A DNA stretch of 50,082 bases from an uncultured Gammaproteobacteria bacterium (GCA_964492425.1 CAZBKB010000007.1:1-50082), one strand, 5' to 3'. Numbered from the stretch's first letter, positions 38,352 through 48,557 are shown. Made by a program: numbers and translations. The notes: generated by a model from the letters alone, not told the origin.

Positions 38352-39689
38352 CTACTTAACATCTCTACTAAGACCATCAAGGAATGCTTTATTAGTGTCA
38401 GTCTTTGACAACCTGTCAATCAATATTTCTGTCCTTTCATCCGGATTCAAAACAGAAAGCATTCTGCGCATGGTGACTATCTTATTGTAATCCGCCTCGC
38501 TAAACAAGAGTTGTTCCTGCCGAGTTGAAGATCTTTCAACGTCTATCGATGGATAAATCCTGCGCTCGGCAAGTTTTCTGTCCAAGTGCAGCTCCATATT
38601 GCCGGTTCCCTTAAACTCCTCATAAATCAAATCATCCATTCTGGATCCGGTATCTATAAGAGCCGTCCCAATAATTGTTAAAGATCCGCCTTCCTCACAA
38701 TTTCTAGCAGCCCCGAAAAATCTTTTTGGTGGATAAAGAGCTGCCGGATCAAACCCCCCCGTTAATGTTCGCCCGCTTGGCGGCACGGACAAGTTGTATG
38801 CCCGTGCAAGGCGTGTAATCGAATCCAAAAGAATTACTACATCGACACCTTTCTCTACTAATCTTTTAGCACGTTCCAGCGCAATCTCTGCAACCCTCGT
38901 TTGATAATCAGCTGGTTCATCAAAGTTTGACGCAATAACTTCTCCCTTAACAGATCTCGAAATGTCTGTGACCTCTTCCGGCCTCTCTCCAATAAGCGCT
39001 GCAATCAGGTGGACTTTTGGAAAATTCTCACTAATCCCTCGGGCTATATCTTTAAGTATTGTTGTTTTGCCTGCCTTGGGCGGAGAAACAACCATCCCCC
39101 TTTGCCCCTTACCTATCGGTGCAATAATATCGATCACTCTGTTTGAAAGCGGTGTTTTACCGATCTCAAGTGTCAATTTTTCGTTTGGGTAGATCGGGGT
39201 CAGCTGTTCAAACTTGACTCGCTTTTCCTGCTTCTCTGCATCGACTCCGTTAACCTTTAAAACCTTCAGCAGCCCGTAGTATCTCTCACTATCCTTTGGC
39301 GGCCTTCCAAGTCCAACAACATCATCACCGGGCCTTAATATAAAGCGGCGGATTTGCGATGCACTAATGTAAACATCCTCATCACTTGGCCTAAATTTTG
39401 GTCTTAAAAACCCGTGTCCGTCACCTGTTATATCCAGAATCCCATGAACATCCTGGGTCGGAACATCACGCCCACCATGGCTTGGATAATCCTCGCCATA
39501 GCCCCGATCATCATATGACTTTCCATTAGTGTGTGGCTCCTCAACTGGCACAGATTCACCAACGGTCTCGACCTGATCAGCCGATTTTTGTGTCCTCAAA
39601 TCTATAACAGAAGCTGCACCTTCCTCAGAAACAACTTTATCGTCCTGTTTATCTGACATATTTTTTACTTTTATTGATACTTTTGGCAT
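38352..39689 (-). CDS. rho: Transcription termination factor Rho
   Basis: [47 protein letters not shown]. Start may be 39659. Confidence 0.97.
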   Translation of the reverse strand: MPKVSIKVKNMSDKQDDKVVSEEGAASVIDLRTQKSADQVETVGESVPVEEPHTNGKSYDDRGYGEDYPSHGGRDVPTQDVHGILDITGDGHGFLRPKFRPSDEDVYISASQIRRFILRPGDDVVGLGRPPKDSERYYGLLKVLKVNGVDAEKQEKRVKFEQLTPIYPNEKLTLEIGKTPLSNRVIDIIAPIGKGQRGMVVSPPKAGKTTILKDIARGISENFPKVHLIAALIGERPEEVTDISRSVKGEVIASNFDEPADYQTRVAEIALERAKRLVEKGVDVVILLDSITRLARAYNLSVPPSGRTLTGGFDPAALYPPKRFFGAARNCEEGGSLTIIGTALIDTGSRMDDLIYEEFKGTGNMELHLDRKLAERRIYPSIDVERSSTRQEQLLFSEADYNKIVTMRRMLSVLNPDERTEILIDRLSKTDTNKAFLDGLSRDVK

Positions 39690-39844
39690 CTTATTAATAA
39701 TTGTTAAACATTTATATTAATAAAGTGTTAGACAATTAACAATTTACAATGTAGCTATATAACAAACTCCCCCTTTTCCTCAGTTAATGGCACATATAGG
39801 CATTAGATATTATGGAAAACTTTTATAGTCAAGAAGCCAAGGAA

Positions 39845-39873
39845 ATTCTATCCCAGCTTTTACCATTTGTCAA
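39845..39873 (-). promoter_or_regulatory. rho promoter TTGACA-17-TAGAAT
   Basis: tgtcaa at 39868-39873 and attcta at 39845-39850 on the + strand. Confidence 0.7.
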
Positions 39874-39911
39874 TCCGGCGCCTGATATTTCTTCGTCGCT
39901 AATCTTTTAAA

Positions 39912-39978
39912 GGGAACACATTCCTGCCCAAAATGTGTCCCCATTAAAAGGACCGTATGTCTGCCCTACACACGGTCC
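39912..39978 (-). other. Tandem hairpins with GGGCAG loops immediately after a stop codon
   Basis: Two 11-bp stems (39912-39942 and 39950-39978), each with one G:U pair when read on the minus strand. Confidence 0.6.
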
Positions 39979-39981
39979 AAA

Positions 39982-42900
39982 TTAATTTCCACTGTTTTGT
40001 TTGCCCCCAGAATTACTAACTTTTTCAGGTTCTTCTTCTTCATCATCATCATTATTATGTATATAAACATCAAATAAAGTTCTTACTCTTAAAAATTTCC
40101 CAAAAAGTGTTGCTATTCCGCCTGTAGCCACTACTGCATTTGCAGCATAAAGCATCCATGGCGGCGGTAAAATTCTATTTTCTCTCTCATTTATGCCCAA
40201 ACCAGTTTTCGGTAATTTTATTTCCGGGGTCGGTAACACACTTGGTATCTCGCTAGGTGTTGCACTTGCCGTCGGTAAGCTTGTAGGCGTACTTGTCAGC
40301 TCGAATCTTGGCGGTTTTCCCGGGTTGACTGGTTTAATCGACGTTCTAGTTGATGTTGGCGTCAAAGTTGGTTCTGTTGTACTCGTAGCAGTCGTGCTTG
40401 GACTTTTCGGAACTTCGGTAGCAGTAACAATTTTCGTTTGAGTAGGTACTCCTGTTTTTGTAGCGCTTGCTGTGACTGTTGCCATCGGTGTCTCGGTAGA
40501 CTTTGGTGAAACGGTTTCTATTGCTGTCATAGTTGCAGTTGGAGTTGGCGTCACACTTGGTGTTGGGGTTTCTTCTTGAGGCTCTTCGCAAACATCTTTA
40601 TTTATTGCCTGAAGAACTCGATTTCCATGTCCGGCTGCCTCTGTCGTAAAGTAGGTAATATCAGTAATATCAAAATCTTCTCTGACAACCCTAGTAACAA
40701 CTTCAGGTTTTGGAAGACGGAAAGTCACTTGATTGGAATCCGCTTCAACCAGTTCGCTGCCTCCTTCAAATAATGTCCTTGAAACTTTTACCGGGATTGC
40801 AGGGCCTTGACGTATTTCAACTGCCTCCTCAAGCTCCTGCACATAAACCTTTATATCTTCCGTCTTTTGGGCACCTTGTACAAAAAACACAAATTTACTC
40901 TTCCCGCTTTCGTCATTAATTCCACCCCCAAAAGCAATATCAGGGCCTAAAATAGAATCTTTTATAGATGGCTCCTCGGCGATTGTGAATCTAAAGTAGT
41001 GATATCCATCAAAACTGGCATTTTCGACCTTTAAAATATCAACCGTTGCCGGGTGCTCATCGCCCTCAGGATCAACGCATGCTTCTTGGAAATCGATAAC
41101 AGGCGGAACCATTGTGGTAGTCTCCGTTGGCGGAACTTGTGTAAGCGTTTCCGTCGCCTGAGAGGTACTGGTCGCTGTCGGACTGGGTTCTAAAGTCGGC
41201 GTAGGTTGAGGAGTTTGCTCGATAGGAGGGGAACAAAAAGTAGGGTCAAAGCAGGGAGTCGCTGTCGGCAGGACCTCCAAATCTCCATAAGCAGAATAAC
41301 TGTGTTCCTGATTAACAGGTGTTAAAGTTGCTGTTGCAGTTGGTTCTGGAGTACTCGTAGCAACATCAACAGCAGGCGTCTGGGTTTCTGTCGCCGTACC
41401 GCTCACCTGTGGTGTAGTTCGCGATTGCGATTTATCCAATCCACCAACAAAACCATTTATCTTTGCCGCCAAATCATTGCTCCCATCAACTACGCTCTGC
41501 GGCCATTTAATATCAACCGACCTATCTGTTGGCGTGTTTCTCTTTCCATAATGTCTTTGCAAATCATCGCTCAAAACCCTGTCCGAATTCCTCCAGATAT
41601 ACGCCTCACTATGCAGGTCATCTTCCTCAATCCTCAATACATCCCCTTCATCTACATCACCCAAATCCTCATTTCTCTGGTATTGGATAAAGTTTGTATA
41701 AGCGTCTATGTCACCCTCATTATCAATCCCAATTTCACCAAGGGTTCTTCCAGCCGCATCTCTAAACGATTCACCCTTTCCAATCTCAATTGTTAGTGCA
41801 TCATCCAATTTACCGTCGGCATTATCCATCGCCCAAAAAGCATTTTTCTGGTCCTGATCTCCGGACACCTTTGGTGTTTCAAGTCCAGCTTCAACAGTTT
41901 GGGTAATCTCAATCCCTTCATTACTACTGCCAACTGGTCGAGCGTAATTGTCATCAACAAAAGTAGAATTACCTCTTTCAGAATTCCCATCATTACGCAA
42001 CAGAAACGCACCCCCAACAGCAGCAATGCCAACTAAAGCTGCAGTCGTCCCGAACAAAATTGGCTTTTTTACAACTGTCGCTCCAACCTTTTTTGCACCG
42101 CGCGTCAACACAGAGCCATCCAAATCACCAAGAGTTTTAACTCTAATTTTTTCTTGTTTTCCACCTCTTGTGTCCAAAGCCACTCCAAATGCCGCACCTC
42201 TTGTTTTATCCCTAACATTTCTCAAACCATCGTCTTTGTTTATCTGAACATCGCCGATTACCTCGTCCAGCTTAGCAGTCACTTCGAAGTTCACCTCACC
42301 ACCATCTATTCCTTCAACATATACACATACTTCTTTAACTCTCCGTGCATATTTGTCAAAATTAACCCTGCTGGTAGCCTTATCCTCAAATGCCAATTTA
42401 ATATACTCAGCTGCTGCATCTGCACTATCTCGATTTAAACCTGCTGTTTCAAATATCGCCTTAATGTCAGCTTCATCTTTATCATGCAAATCGCCAAGCC
42501 CGGGCATATCATGTTTTCTCAGGAAACTCTCGATTGCATCCAAACCGTTTGCCCTTACATGAGCCAACTCCAGCGACTGAATACCTCGCTCCAGCTCCCC
42601 CTCCCATTTTTCCCTCTCCAAACAGCCGGCTCCTGTCATCACCAGCTCAGCAACTTGTGCTTGAATCCTTGCAACAGACCATGGGTCCTCTGCAAAATAA
42701 GACGGATGATCAGGCGCAACAGGCAAATCGTACTTCCCAAGTAGCCCCTTAAGATGTGCACCTAAACGCAAATCGAACTCCCGAACATCTTCCTCAAATT
42801 TCTCTTGTGCCCTCATCACGACCTGCTCGGTAGTCATCACATGCTCATAATCCCGGCCACTTGAGATATAACTCTTAAGTAAATTAACCGTATCCGCTTC

Positions 42901-43107
42901 AATTTCTGCCGCCTCCACCCGGCCAAGACGAGCTTGTACATCAGCAATTAACGGGTCAACTAAAGGTATATCTGGATATTTTTCCTGAAGAGACTGCTCC
43001 CCTTTGAAGCCGGGTACCAACTCAACCACCGTAAGTCGCATACGATGAGCCGCTGAGCCAGCTGAGCCAATTATTCTTGTTACTTGGTGTTCTCTCATAT
43101 TGGGCAT
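39982..43107 (-). CDS. Large hypothetical surface protein: cytoplasmic N-domain, central TM, P/T-rich linkers, LPKTG motif and C-terminal TM
   Basis: Long ORF; TM ILFGTTAALVGIAAVGGAFLL; (TP)n tracts; LPKTG followed by a hydrophobic segment. The GTG at 43164 lies within a TTGACA-17-TTAAAT promoter, so ATG 43107 is preferred. Confidence 0.8.
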   Translation of the reverse strand: MPNMREHQVTRIIGSAGSAAHRMRLTVVELVPGFKGEQSLQEKYPDIPLVDPLIADVQARLGRVEAAEIEADTVNLLKSYISSGRDYEHVMTTEQVVMRAQEKFEEDVREFDLRLGAHLKGLLGKYDLPVAPDHPSYFAEDPWSVARIQAQVAELVMTGAGCLEREKWEGELERGIQSLELAHVRANGLDAIESFLRKHDMPGLGDLHDKDEADIKAIFETAGLNRDSADAAAEYIKLAFEDKATSRVNFDKYARRVKEVCVYVEGIDGGEVNFEVTAKLDEVIGDVQINKDDGLRNVRDKTRGAAFGVALDTRGGKQEKIRVKTLGDLDGSVLTRGAKKVGATVVKKPILFGTTAALVGIAAVGGAFLLRNDGNSERGNSTFVDDNYARPVGSSNEGIEITQTVEAGLETPKVSGDQDQKNAFWAMDNADGKLDDALTIEIGKGESFRDAAGRTLGEIGIDNEGDIDAYTNFIQYQRNEDLGDVDEGDVLRIEEDDLHSEAYIWRNSDRVLSDDLQRHYGKRNTPTDRSVDIKWPQSVVDGSNDLAAKINGFVGGLDKSQSRTTPQVSGTATETQTPAVDVATSTPEPTATATLTPVNQEHSYSAYGDLEVLPTATPCFDPTFCSPPIEQTPQPTPTLEPSPTATSTSQATETLTQVPPTETTTMVPPVIDFQEACVDPEGDEHPATVDILKVENASFDGYHYFRFTIAEEPSIKDSILGPDIAFGGGINDESGKSKFVFFVQGAQKTEDIKVYVQELEEAVEIRQGPAIPVKVSRTLFEGGSELVEADSNQVTFRLPKPEVVTRVVREDFDITDITYFTTEAAGHGNRVLQAINKDVCEEPQEETPTPSVTPTPTATMTAIETVSPKSTETPMATVTASATKTGVPTQTKIVTATEVPKSPSTTATSTTEPTLTPTSTRTSIKPVNPGKPPRFELTSTPTSLPTASATPSEIPSVLPTPEIKLPKTGLGINERENRILPPPWMLYAANAVVATGGIATLFGKFLRVRTLFDVYIHNNDDDEEEEPEKVSNSGGKQNSGN

Positions 43108-43520
43108 ACGACCTATAAACGCCTTGTTGCTTGAAGCTAAACAAGGCCGCAAATTTAAACACAATCAAGAGATTTTGTCAAGCACTATAGGTTTTGGCAG
43201 ACAATACTGGGCAGAAACAAAGCTCTCAAGTTAGCGCGCAGAATATACCGCATAGCATTTACCCTTGTCAAATAAGGGATTCTTAAATTTTATACGCGGT
43301 GTTATAGATAAAATATTTTTTACTAACTATTTTATAGAATTAAAAAAACTATTTTGACTAACATCAACTGCAATATATAGATTTTCACTGTGGAAGATAC
43401 TGAGCTAATATTTTACCCGATATTAGCACAATTTTTATACAAAACAGGGAAATTTGAAGCTATTTTGACTACCGTAAAACTACCACTTGACAACGGTTAA
43501 GCGAATGGTCTAATGTAAAA

Positions 43521-43616
43521 AAGGAAAGCAACTTAGCTGCCCTAAGTCGCTTCCCTTACACCTCAAAAGAGCATTGCTATTCGAGTTTCAGTCTGCGGTA
43601 GTGATGCTCTTTTCTT
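43521..43616. ncRNA. Candidate small structured RNA (two hairpins) in a 1-kb intergenic region
   Basis: TTGACA at 43487 and TGn-TCTAAT upstream on +; hairpin at 43521-43557; terminator-like hairpin aaaagagcattgcta...tagtgatgctctttt. Confidence 0.3.
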
Positions 43617-44173
43617 ACGAAAAACTTGCCTTTTAACAAAACAAGCTTTCTTCAAAAAATTTTCAAGCTTTGCCATTTTACTGGCAAAACCTTTTTCCGT
43701 CCAAATCTCTCCTTTTAAGAAAAAACGTGGACTCCTAGAAAAATCAATCTCTCAATTTTTCATTCTCGTCCCCGAATCGGGGACAACTTTCAGCCTGCCT
43801 AAAGAATTTAGCACCACTGATAATTATTGTCAAGTCATAATCTTATCCGATAGTAAAAATATCAACTTAAAAAATGTATCCTGTAGTTATAATAATTTAC
43901 ATCATCACTACGTTTAGACTTATTAAATAGTCCAAACGAATCTTTGTCAAAGCATCAATATTACCAAAATTATGTACGACAAATTATGGCCTCTTAGCCA
44001 AATGCGGCAGTAAAATATACGGCTAAATGATATATAAAGTTATAGTAAAGTAAGTAAAATTAACAAAGAACGTTAAACACTAAACTAGACATAATTTAAG
44101 CAACACAAAAAGGCAAAATGATCATCTCTTGCCTCTTTTAAGTTCGGCATTTCCAGCCCCCAGTTTCCAGTTT

Positions 44174-45058
44174 CTAGTTTGCTTTCCTTGCAAATATCAT
44201 CTTGCCTGCATTAGTTTGAATTACCTTCTTAACCAACACATGCACATTTTTCCCTGTAAAGCTTGCCCCACCCTCTACAACAACCATGGTTCCATCTCCC
44301 AGGTAACCAACACCCTGTTCCTTTTCCTTACCTTTTGCACTAATAAGGATGTCTAGCTCATCATTTGGCAAAACTGACGTTTTAAGGGCGTTAGCGAGCT
44401 CGTTGATATTAAGTACTCCCACTCCTTGTACCTTCGCAACCTTGATCAAGTTAAAATCTACCGTCAACAACTTAGATTTGGTCTTGTCAGAATATGTAAC
44501 CAGCTTCTCGTCTACACTGCCTACACCATTATCTTTTTTAACAATTTCAACTTTAACCTTTTTTGATTTTTGGATTTCTCGGAGGATATCCAAGCCTCTT
44601 CTGCCTTTGCCTCGCTTAATCTCATCGTAACTGTCCGAAAGTTTATGAAGTTCGGTAACAACTGCCGGCAAAACTAATAACTTAGTCCAGATAAACCCGC
44701 TTTTTACAAGATCCAGTACCCTTCCATCTATAAGTACAGATGTGTCAACTACTATCCCCGGCTCATTCCGCTTTGCACGATGAGTTCTTCCTCTGAACCT
44801 AATCCCGGAAACTTTTCTGGGATCCGGAATCATCTCAGCAATCTGGCGAGCCAAAGCGTTAATTCCTGCCTTACCTGCAAGCTCTATAACATCCGGCAAT
44901 ATAAATCCCAGAGTTACAAACGCCAAAAACGCAATAACTAAAAAATAATCACCTACAACAGCAAAAATTTCCGGCGGGGTACCGCTTCGAGCAATGAAAG
45001 CTCCAATAAAACCAAAAACTATAGCAATAGACGGCCTCAAAAATACCTTAAATCTCAT
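44174..45058 (-). CDS. PIN/TRAM domain membrane protein (YacL-like)
   Basis: VDTSVLIDGR, RGRRGL-like KGRRGLDIL, TVDFNL, GKEKEQGVGYLGDGTMVVVE; adjacent to radA. Confidence 0.92.
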   Translation of the reverse strand: MRFKVFLRPSIAIVFGFIGAFIARSGTPPEIFAVVGDYFLVIAFLAFVTLGFILPDVIELAGKAGINALARQIAEMIPDPRKVSGIRFRGRTHRAKRNEPGIVVDTSVLIDGRVLDLVKSGFIWTKLLVLPAVVTELHKLSDSYDEIKRGKGRRGLDILREIQKSKKVKVEIVKKDNGVGSVDEKLVTYSDKTKSKLLTVDFNLIKVAKVQGVGVLNINELANALKTSVLPNDELDILISAKGKEKEQGVGYLGDGTMVVVEGGASFTGKNVHVLVKKVIQTNAGKMIFARKAN

Positions 45059-45133
45059 AAAACTACGTTGTTAAATTGTTAAGTTGTTAAGTTGTTTAAT
45101 CCAACCTAACAATCTATCAATCTAGCCGTATAG

Positions 45134-46462
45134 CTATTTCTCAAACACCGCCTCAATTACTTCGTCCAACGTCTTGTATTTTTCCGGTGTTATATAGGTG
45201 GTAAATCCCATTCGCTTTGCCTCCGCCAACCGCACCTTCATATTCCCAACAGGCCTCAACTCCCCAAGCAAACCAACCTCACCGAATGCACATGTTTTCA
45301 CACCTATTGCCAGATCCTTCACAGCAGAAACAATTGCAATGGCAATCGCCAAATCACATGCCGGCTCATCCACCTTCAAACCCCCCGCAACACTCACATA
45401 AACATCCGATCCTCCAAGTGCAATTTTGGCAACTTTAGACAATGCTGCCATCACAACCTGCACCCTGGAAAAATCAAGGCCCGATACCCGCCTGGTCGGG
45501 ACTGGAAAAATCGTAGGAGTCACAAGCGCCTGCACTTCTGCCAGAATCGGTCTCCCCCCAGCTATCGTTGCGCAAACAACACTCCCCGATCTATTTGCTA
45601 AGGTGTGAGAAAGAAAAATTCCGGAAGGATTTTTAACCTCAACCAAACCAGCATCCTGCATTTCAAAAATTCCAACCTCAAATGTAGAACCGAACCTGTT
45701 TTTGCTGGACCTTAAAATTCGAAACGCATACATTTCATCACCTTCCAGGTTCAAAACAGCATCAACCAAATGCTCCAAAACCTTAGGTCCGGCAATATTG
45801 CCTTCTTTAGTTACATGGCCAACCAAAAAAACAGAAGTGTAAGAATTTTTTGCATATCTTTGAAGAATTTGTGAGCATTCTCGCAACTGGCCCAAACTAC
45901 CGGCAGAACCTGTTAACTTTTCGCTTGTGAGTGTTTGAATGGAATCAATAATAAGCAGCACTGTCTCCAGTCTGTCACTGGCGGCAACAATAACATCAAC
46001 ATCAGTCTCGGCCAAAATATAAAGATTGGTTGGGATTTTACCAATCCTGTCAGCTCTTATTTTTACTTGCTGGGCAGATTCCTCTCCAGATACGTAAAGT
46101 ACGTTTTTTTTAAGGTTACCCTTGGCAACACTAACCGCTGTCTGCAATAAGATCGTACTCTTCCCGATTCCCGGGTCTCCGGAAATTAACGTTATGGATC
46201 CGGGCACAATTCCACCACCCAACACCCTGTCAAACTCTCCAATCCCCGTATAAATTCTAGTAATTTTAAGGCTTTTTACGTCCGAAAGTTTATAAATTTT
46301 CGCCTCATAATCGGCTCTTCCGGCTCTCTGACTCTCTGTCTCTTTGCTACTGACTGTAGTTTCAACAAGGCTATTCCACTCTCCACATTCCGGACATCTA
46401 CCCATAAATTGAGGTGACTTGTATCCGCATTGTTGACAGATATAATTCGAGATAACTTTCAT
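45134..46462 (-). CDS. radA: DNA repair protein RadA/Sms
   Basis: CQQC...CPEC zinc finger; GDPGIGKS; KNRFG; Lon-like C-domain. Confidence 0.97.
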   Translation of the reverse strand: MKVISNYICQQCGYKSPQFMGRCPECGEWNSLVETTVSSKETESQRAGRADYEAKIYKLSDVKSLKITRIYTGIGEFDRVLGGGIVPGSITLISGDPGIGKSTILLQTAVSVAKGNLKKNVLYVSGEESAQQVKIRADRIGKIPTNLYILAETDVDVIVAASDRLETVLLIIDSIQTLTSEKLTGSAGSLGQLRECSQILQRYAKNSYTSVFLVGHVTKEGNIAGPKVLEHLVDAVLNLEGDEMYAFRILRSSKNRFGSTFEVGIFEMQDAGLVEVKNPSGIFLSHTLANRSGSVVCATIAGGRPILAEVQALVTPTIFPVPTRRVSGLDFSRVQVVMAALSKVAKIALGGSDVYVSVAGGLKVDEPACDLAIAIAIVSAVKDLAIGVKTCAFGEVGLLGELRPVGNMKVRLAEAKRMGFTTYITPEKYKTLDEVIEAVFEK

Positions 46463-46688
46463 CTGAACGTATTATTTATGTTAACCCTGAGTGAATCGAA
46501 GGGTTGACAAACAAAATTCGAGATTGGTTTCATACGGAAACATTATATACATTTGTAAAGAGAATCAAAGCTGGGAAGAAGTACCAGCCTAATTTTAAAT
46601 GACTTAATTTTATAAATTAGAAAATTATGATTTGAATAAAATTAAAAATTAAAAATCACTAAGCACTAGTCCGCTAATTAACTAATCA

Positions 46689-47915
46689 CTATCTGTAAAG
46701 TATCGGTTTTGCTTTGGCAACTGGCACAAGAGAGATCTTTCTCGATCTCACATCGATAGAATTCACATTGCAGTCTACTACCTGTCCAATCTCAAGTGTC
46801 ACCTCCGGTGGAATTTTAGAAATATGGATAAGTCCTTCATAACCACCTTCAAGAGAAACGACCACCCCGTATGGAGTCACCCTTAAGACAGTCCCTTTAA
46901 CATTTTCTTCTTTACTGTATTTTGCTGCCACCTCTTCAAATGGGTCTTTCAAAAGCTGCTTTATACTCAAGCTTATTTTTCCCTCTTCTTCATCTTTGCC
47001 CACCACCATCACTTCTACACAATCACCAACTTTAAAGTGTTTAGTCGGGTCTTCAATCTTTTCCCAAGAAAGTTCGCTGACGTGAACCAAACCATCCATC
47101 TTCTGATTATTAATTGTTAACTCAACAAAAACTCCGAATGGCAGAACGGCATTTACAACACCACTTAGGATATCCCCAATATTAACTTTGGCAAGAAGCA
47201 GCAAAATCCTGTCCAAATCACGAGAGTCTTCACCCTTTTGTGAAAGGATCAGCCGGTTACTTGATCTATCAACTTCAATGACTCTTACACTCATACTTTT
47301 ACCTATTAATTCAGTAAGTTTTGCGGGCGTAGATGACAGTTGTGAAGCCGGTAAAAAACCACGTATCCCAAGGTAATCACAGATAACTCCACCACGATTT
47401 ACTTCTACCGCAACAACGTCAATTTCATCTTCGCTGTCACATTTCTCCTCAAGCTCTTCCCAACGCTTTTCTCCCGAGAGTTTACGAAGAGAAAGAACAA
47501 CTTGTCCGGCATCATTCTCTGGAAAAACTACAGTAGCGTCCACACGGTCACCAATAGAAATCTTAGAAACTAGATCAGAAACTGCAGACAACTCACGTCC
47601 TGTGACAATGCCTTCACTCTTTGCACCAACATCAATTAATATTTCTTGTGGGGAAACGGCAACTACAGTTCCAGTAACCTCTTGATTACGGCGCAGTGTC
47701 GGGACTCTACTGGCAGATGCCGCAAAAAGGTCGGCAAAGGAAACTTTTAAGCCCGCAGTCGAGTTCTTACCAGACGAGAACCGCAAGCTTCGCTTATTTC
47801 CTGAAGCCCTGAACGGAGTCGAATGGGCGAAAGAAATACTGCCCTTCTTTCCCTGATTTCCCTTACTCTTCTGTACTGATTGTGAAACTTTATCTCGAGA
47901 TTTCTGAGAGACCAA
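46689..47915 (-). CDS. rpsA: 30S ribosomal protein S1 (four S1 domains) with a repeat-containing N-terminal extension
   Basis: IDVGAKSEG, RGFLPASQL, DGLVHVSELSW, EGLIHISKI; TTG start preceded by AGGAAG. Confidence 0.9.
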   Translation of the reverse strand: MVSQKSRDKVSQSVQKSKGNQGKKGSISFAHSTPFRASGNKRSLRFSSGKNSTAGLKVSFADLFAASASRVPTLRRNQEVTGTVVAVSPQEILIDVGAKSEGIVTGRELSAVSDLVSKISIGDRVDATVVFPENDAGQVVLSLRKLSGEKRWEELEEKCDSEDEIDVVAVEVNRGGVICDYLGIRGFLPASQLSSTPAKLTELIGKSMSVRVIEVDRSSNRLILSQKGEDSRDLDRILLLLAKVNIGDILSGVVNAVLPFGVFVELTINNQKMDGLVHVSELSWEKIEDPTKHFKVGDCVEVMVVGKDEEEGKISLSIKQLLKDPFEEVAAKYSKEENVKGTVLRVTPYGVVVSLEGGYEGLIHISKIPPEVTLEIGQVVDCNVNSIDVRSRKISLVPVAKAKPILYR

Positions 47916-47950
47916 CCATAACCACTTCCTTAGTTAAAATTTCAAACTTG

Positions 47951-47973
47951 TCCTTCGTAGCTTTAGCGAAGGA
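47951..47973. repeat. REP-like palindrome, family B
   Basis: tccttcg-tagctttag-cgaagga; relatives at 30139-30164 and 48558-48613. Confidence 0.65.
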
Positions 47974-48116
47974 GAATCGCCCTGGAAAAACTACTTATTC
48001 AAATTTGCTGATGGTATTGTAACAGATTTTAAAAAAGAAAAAAACTCACTAATTAGATAATGTGGCAATAACCTTGGAGATTTATCTCGCAGGGCATTGA
48101 TACACCGCTTCCAAAC

Positions 48117-48142
48117 AAAAAACCTTCCGATTAGGAAGGTTT
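48117..48142 (-). terminator. Probable intrinsic terminator downstream of 5S rRNA
   Basis: aaaccttcc-gatta-ggaaggttt stem followed by a T run on the minus strand. Confidence 0.55.
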
Positions 48143-48208
48143 AATGAAGTGTGACGATGACTTCTTTTTGAACTTGTTCAAAAATGTCGCTTTCGAAGAA
48201 AGGAAGAC

Positions 48209-48310
48209 ATTTTCGCATAACCTTGCCCAGACACTCTTTTCTCAACAGAGAAAATATGAGGCGAGCACTTCGTGCGAGCGCTGATCTCGTCGGCGCTGAA
48301 GCGTTTCACT
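48209..48310 (-). pseudogene. Partial, interrupted duplicate of 5S rRNA
   Basis: attttcgcataaccttgc(cc/gg)agacact and tcgtcggcgctga(ag/ct)cgtttcact match adjacent segments of the intact 5S but are separated by about 50 extra nt. Confidence 0.75.
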
Positions 48311-48393
48311 CTTTTTTCGAAGAAAAAATATCAGAGGAGCGCACTGAGCGAAGTCGAAGTGCGACCTGCTGATATCCACAAAACAACAGAAAT

Positions 48394-48513
48394 GTCCCGG
48401 CGATGACCTATTTTCGCATAACCTTGCGGAGACACTATCGTCGGCGCTGACTCGTTTCACTATCCAGTTCGGAATGGGATGGAGTGGTTCCAAGTCGCTC
48501 GAATCACCAAGAC
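48394..48513 (-). rRNA. rrf: 5S ribosomal RNA
   Basis: Minus strand has GGAACCACTCCATCCCATTCCGAAC...GTGAAACG...CAGCGCCGACGATAGT; closed by a 17-bp perfect stem aaaacaacagaaatgtc/gacatttctgttgtttt. Confidence 0.93.
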
Positions 48514-48557
48514 ATTTCTGTTGTTTTAAAGTTCAGTTCGTAAATTAGAGCTCTTTA

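Noticed and set aside
48184-48493. ORFs 48184-48372 (+) and 48242-48493 (-)
   Set aside because: They overlap the 5S rRNA, its partial duplicate and palindromic repeats.
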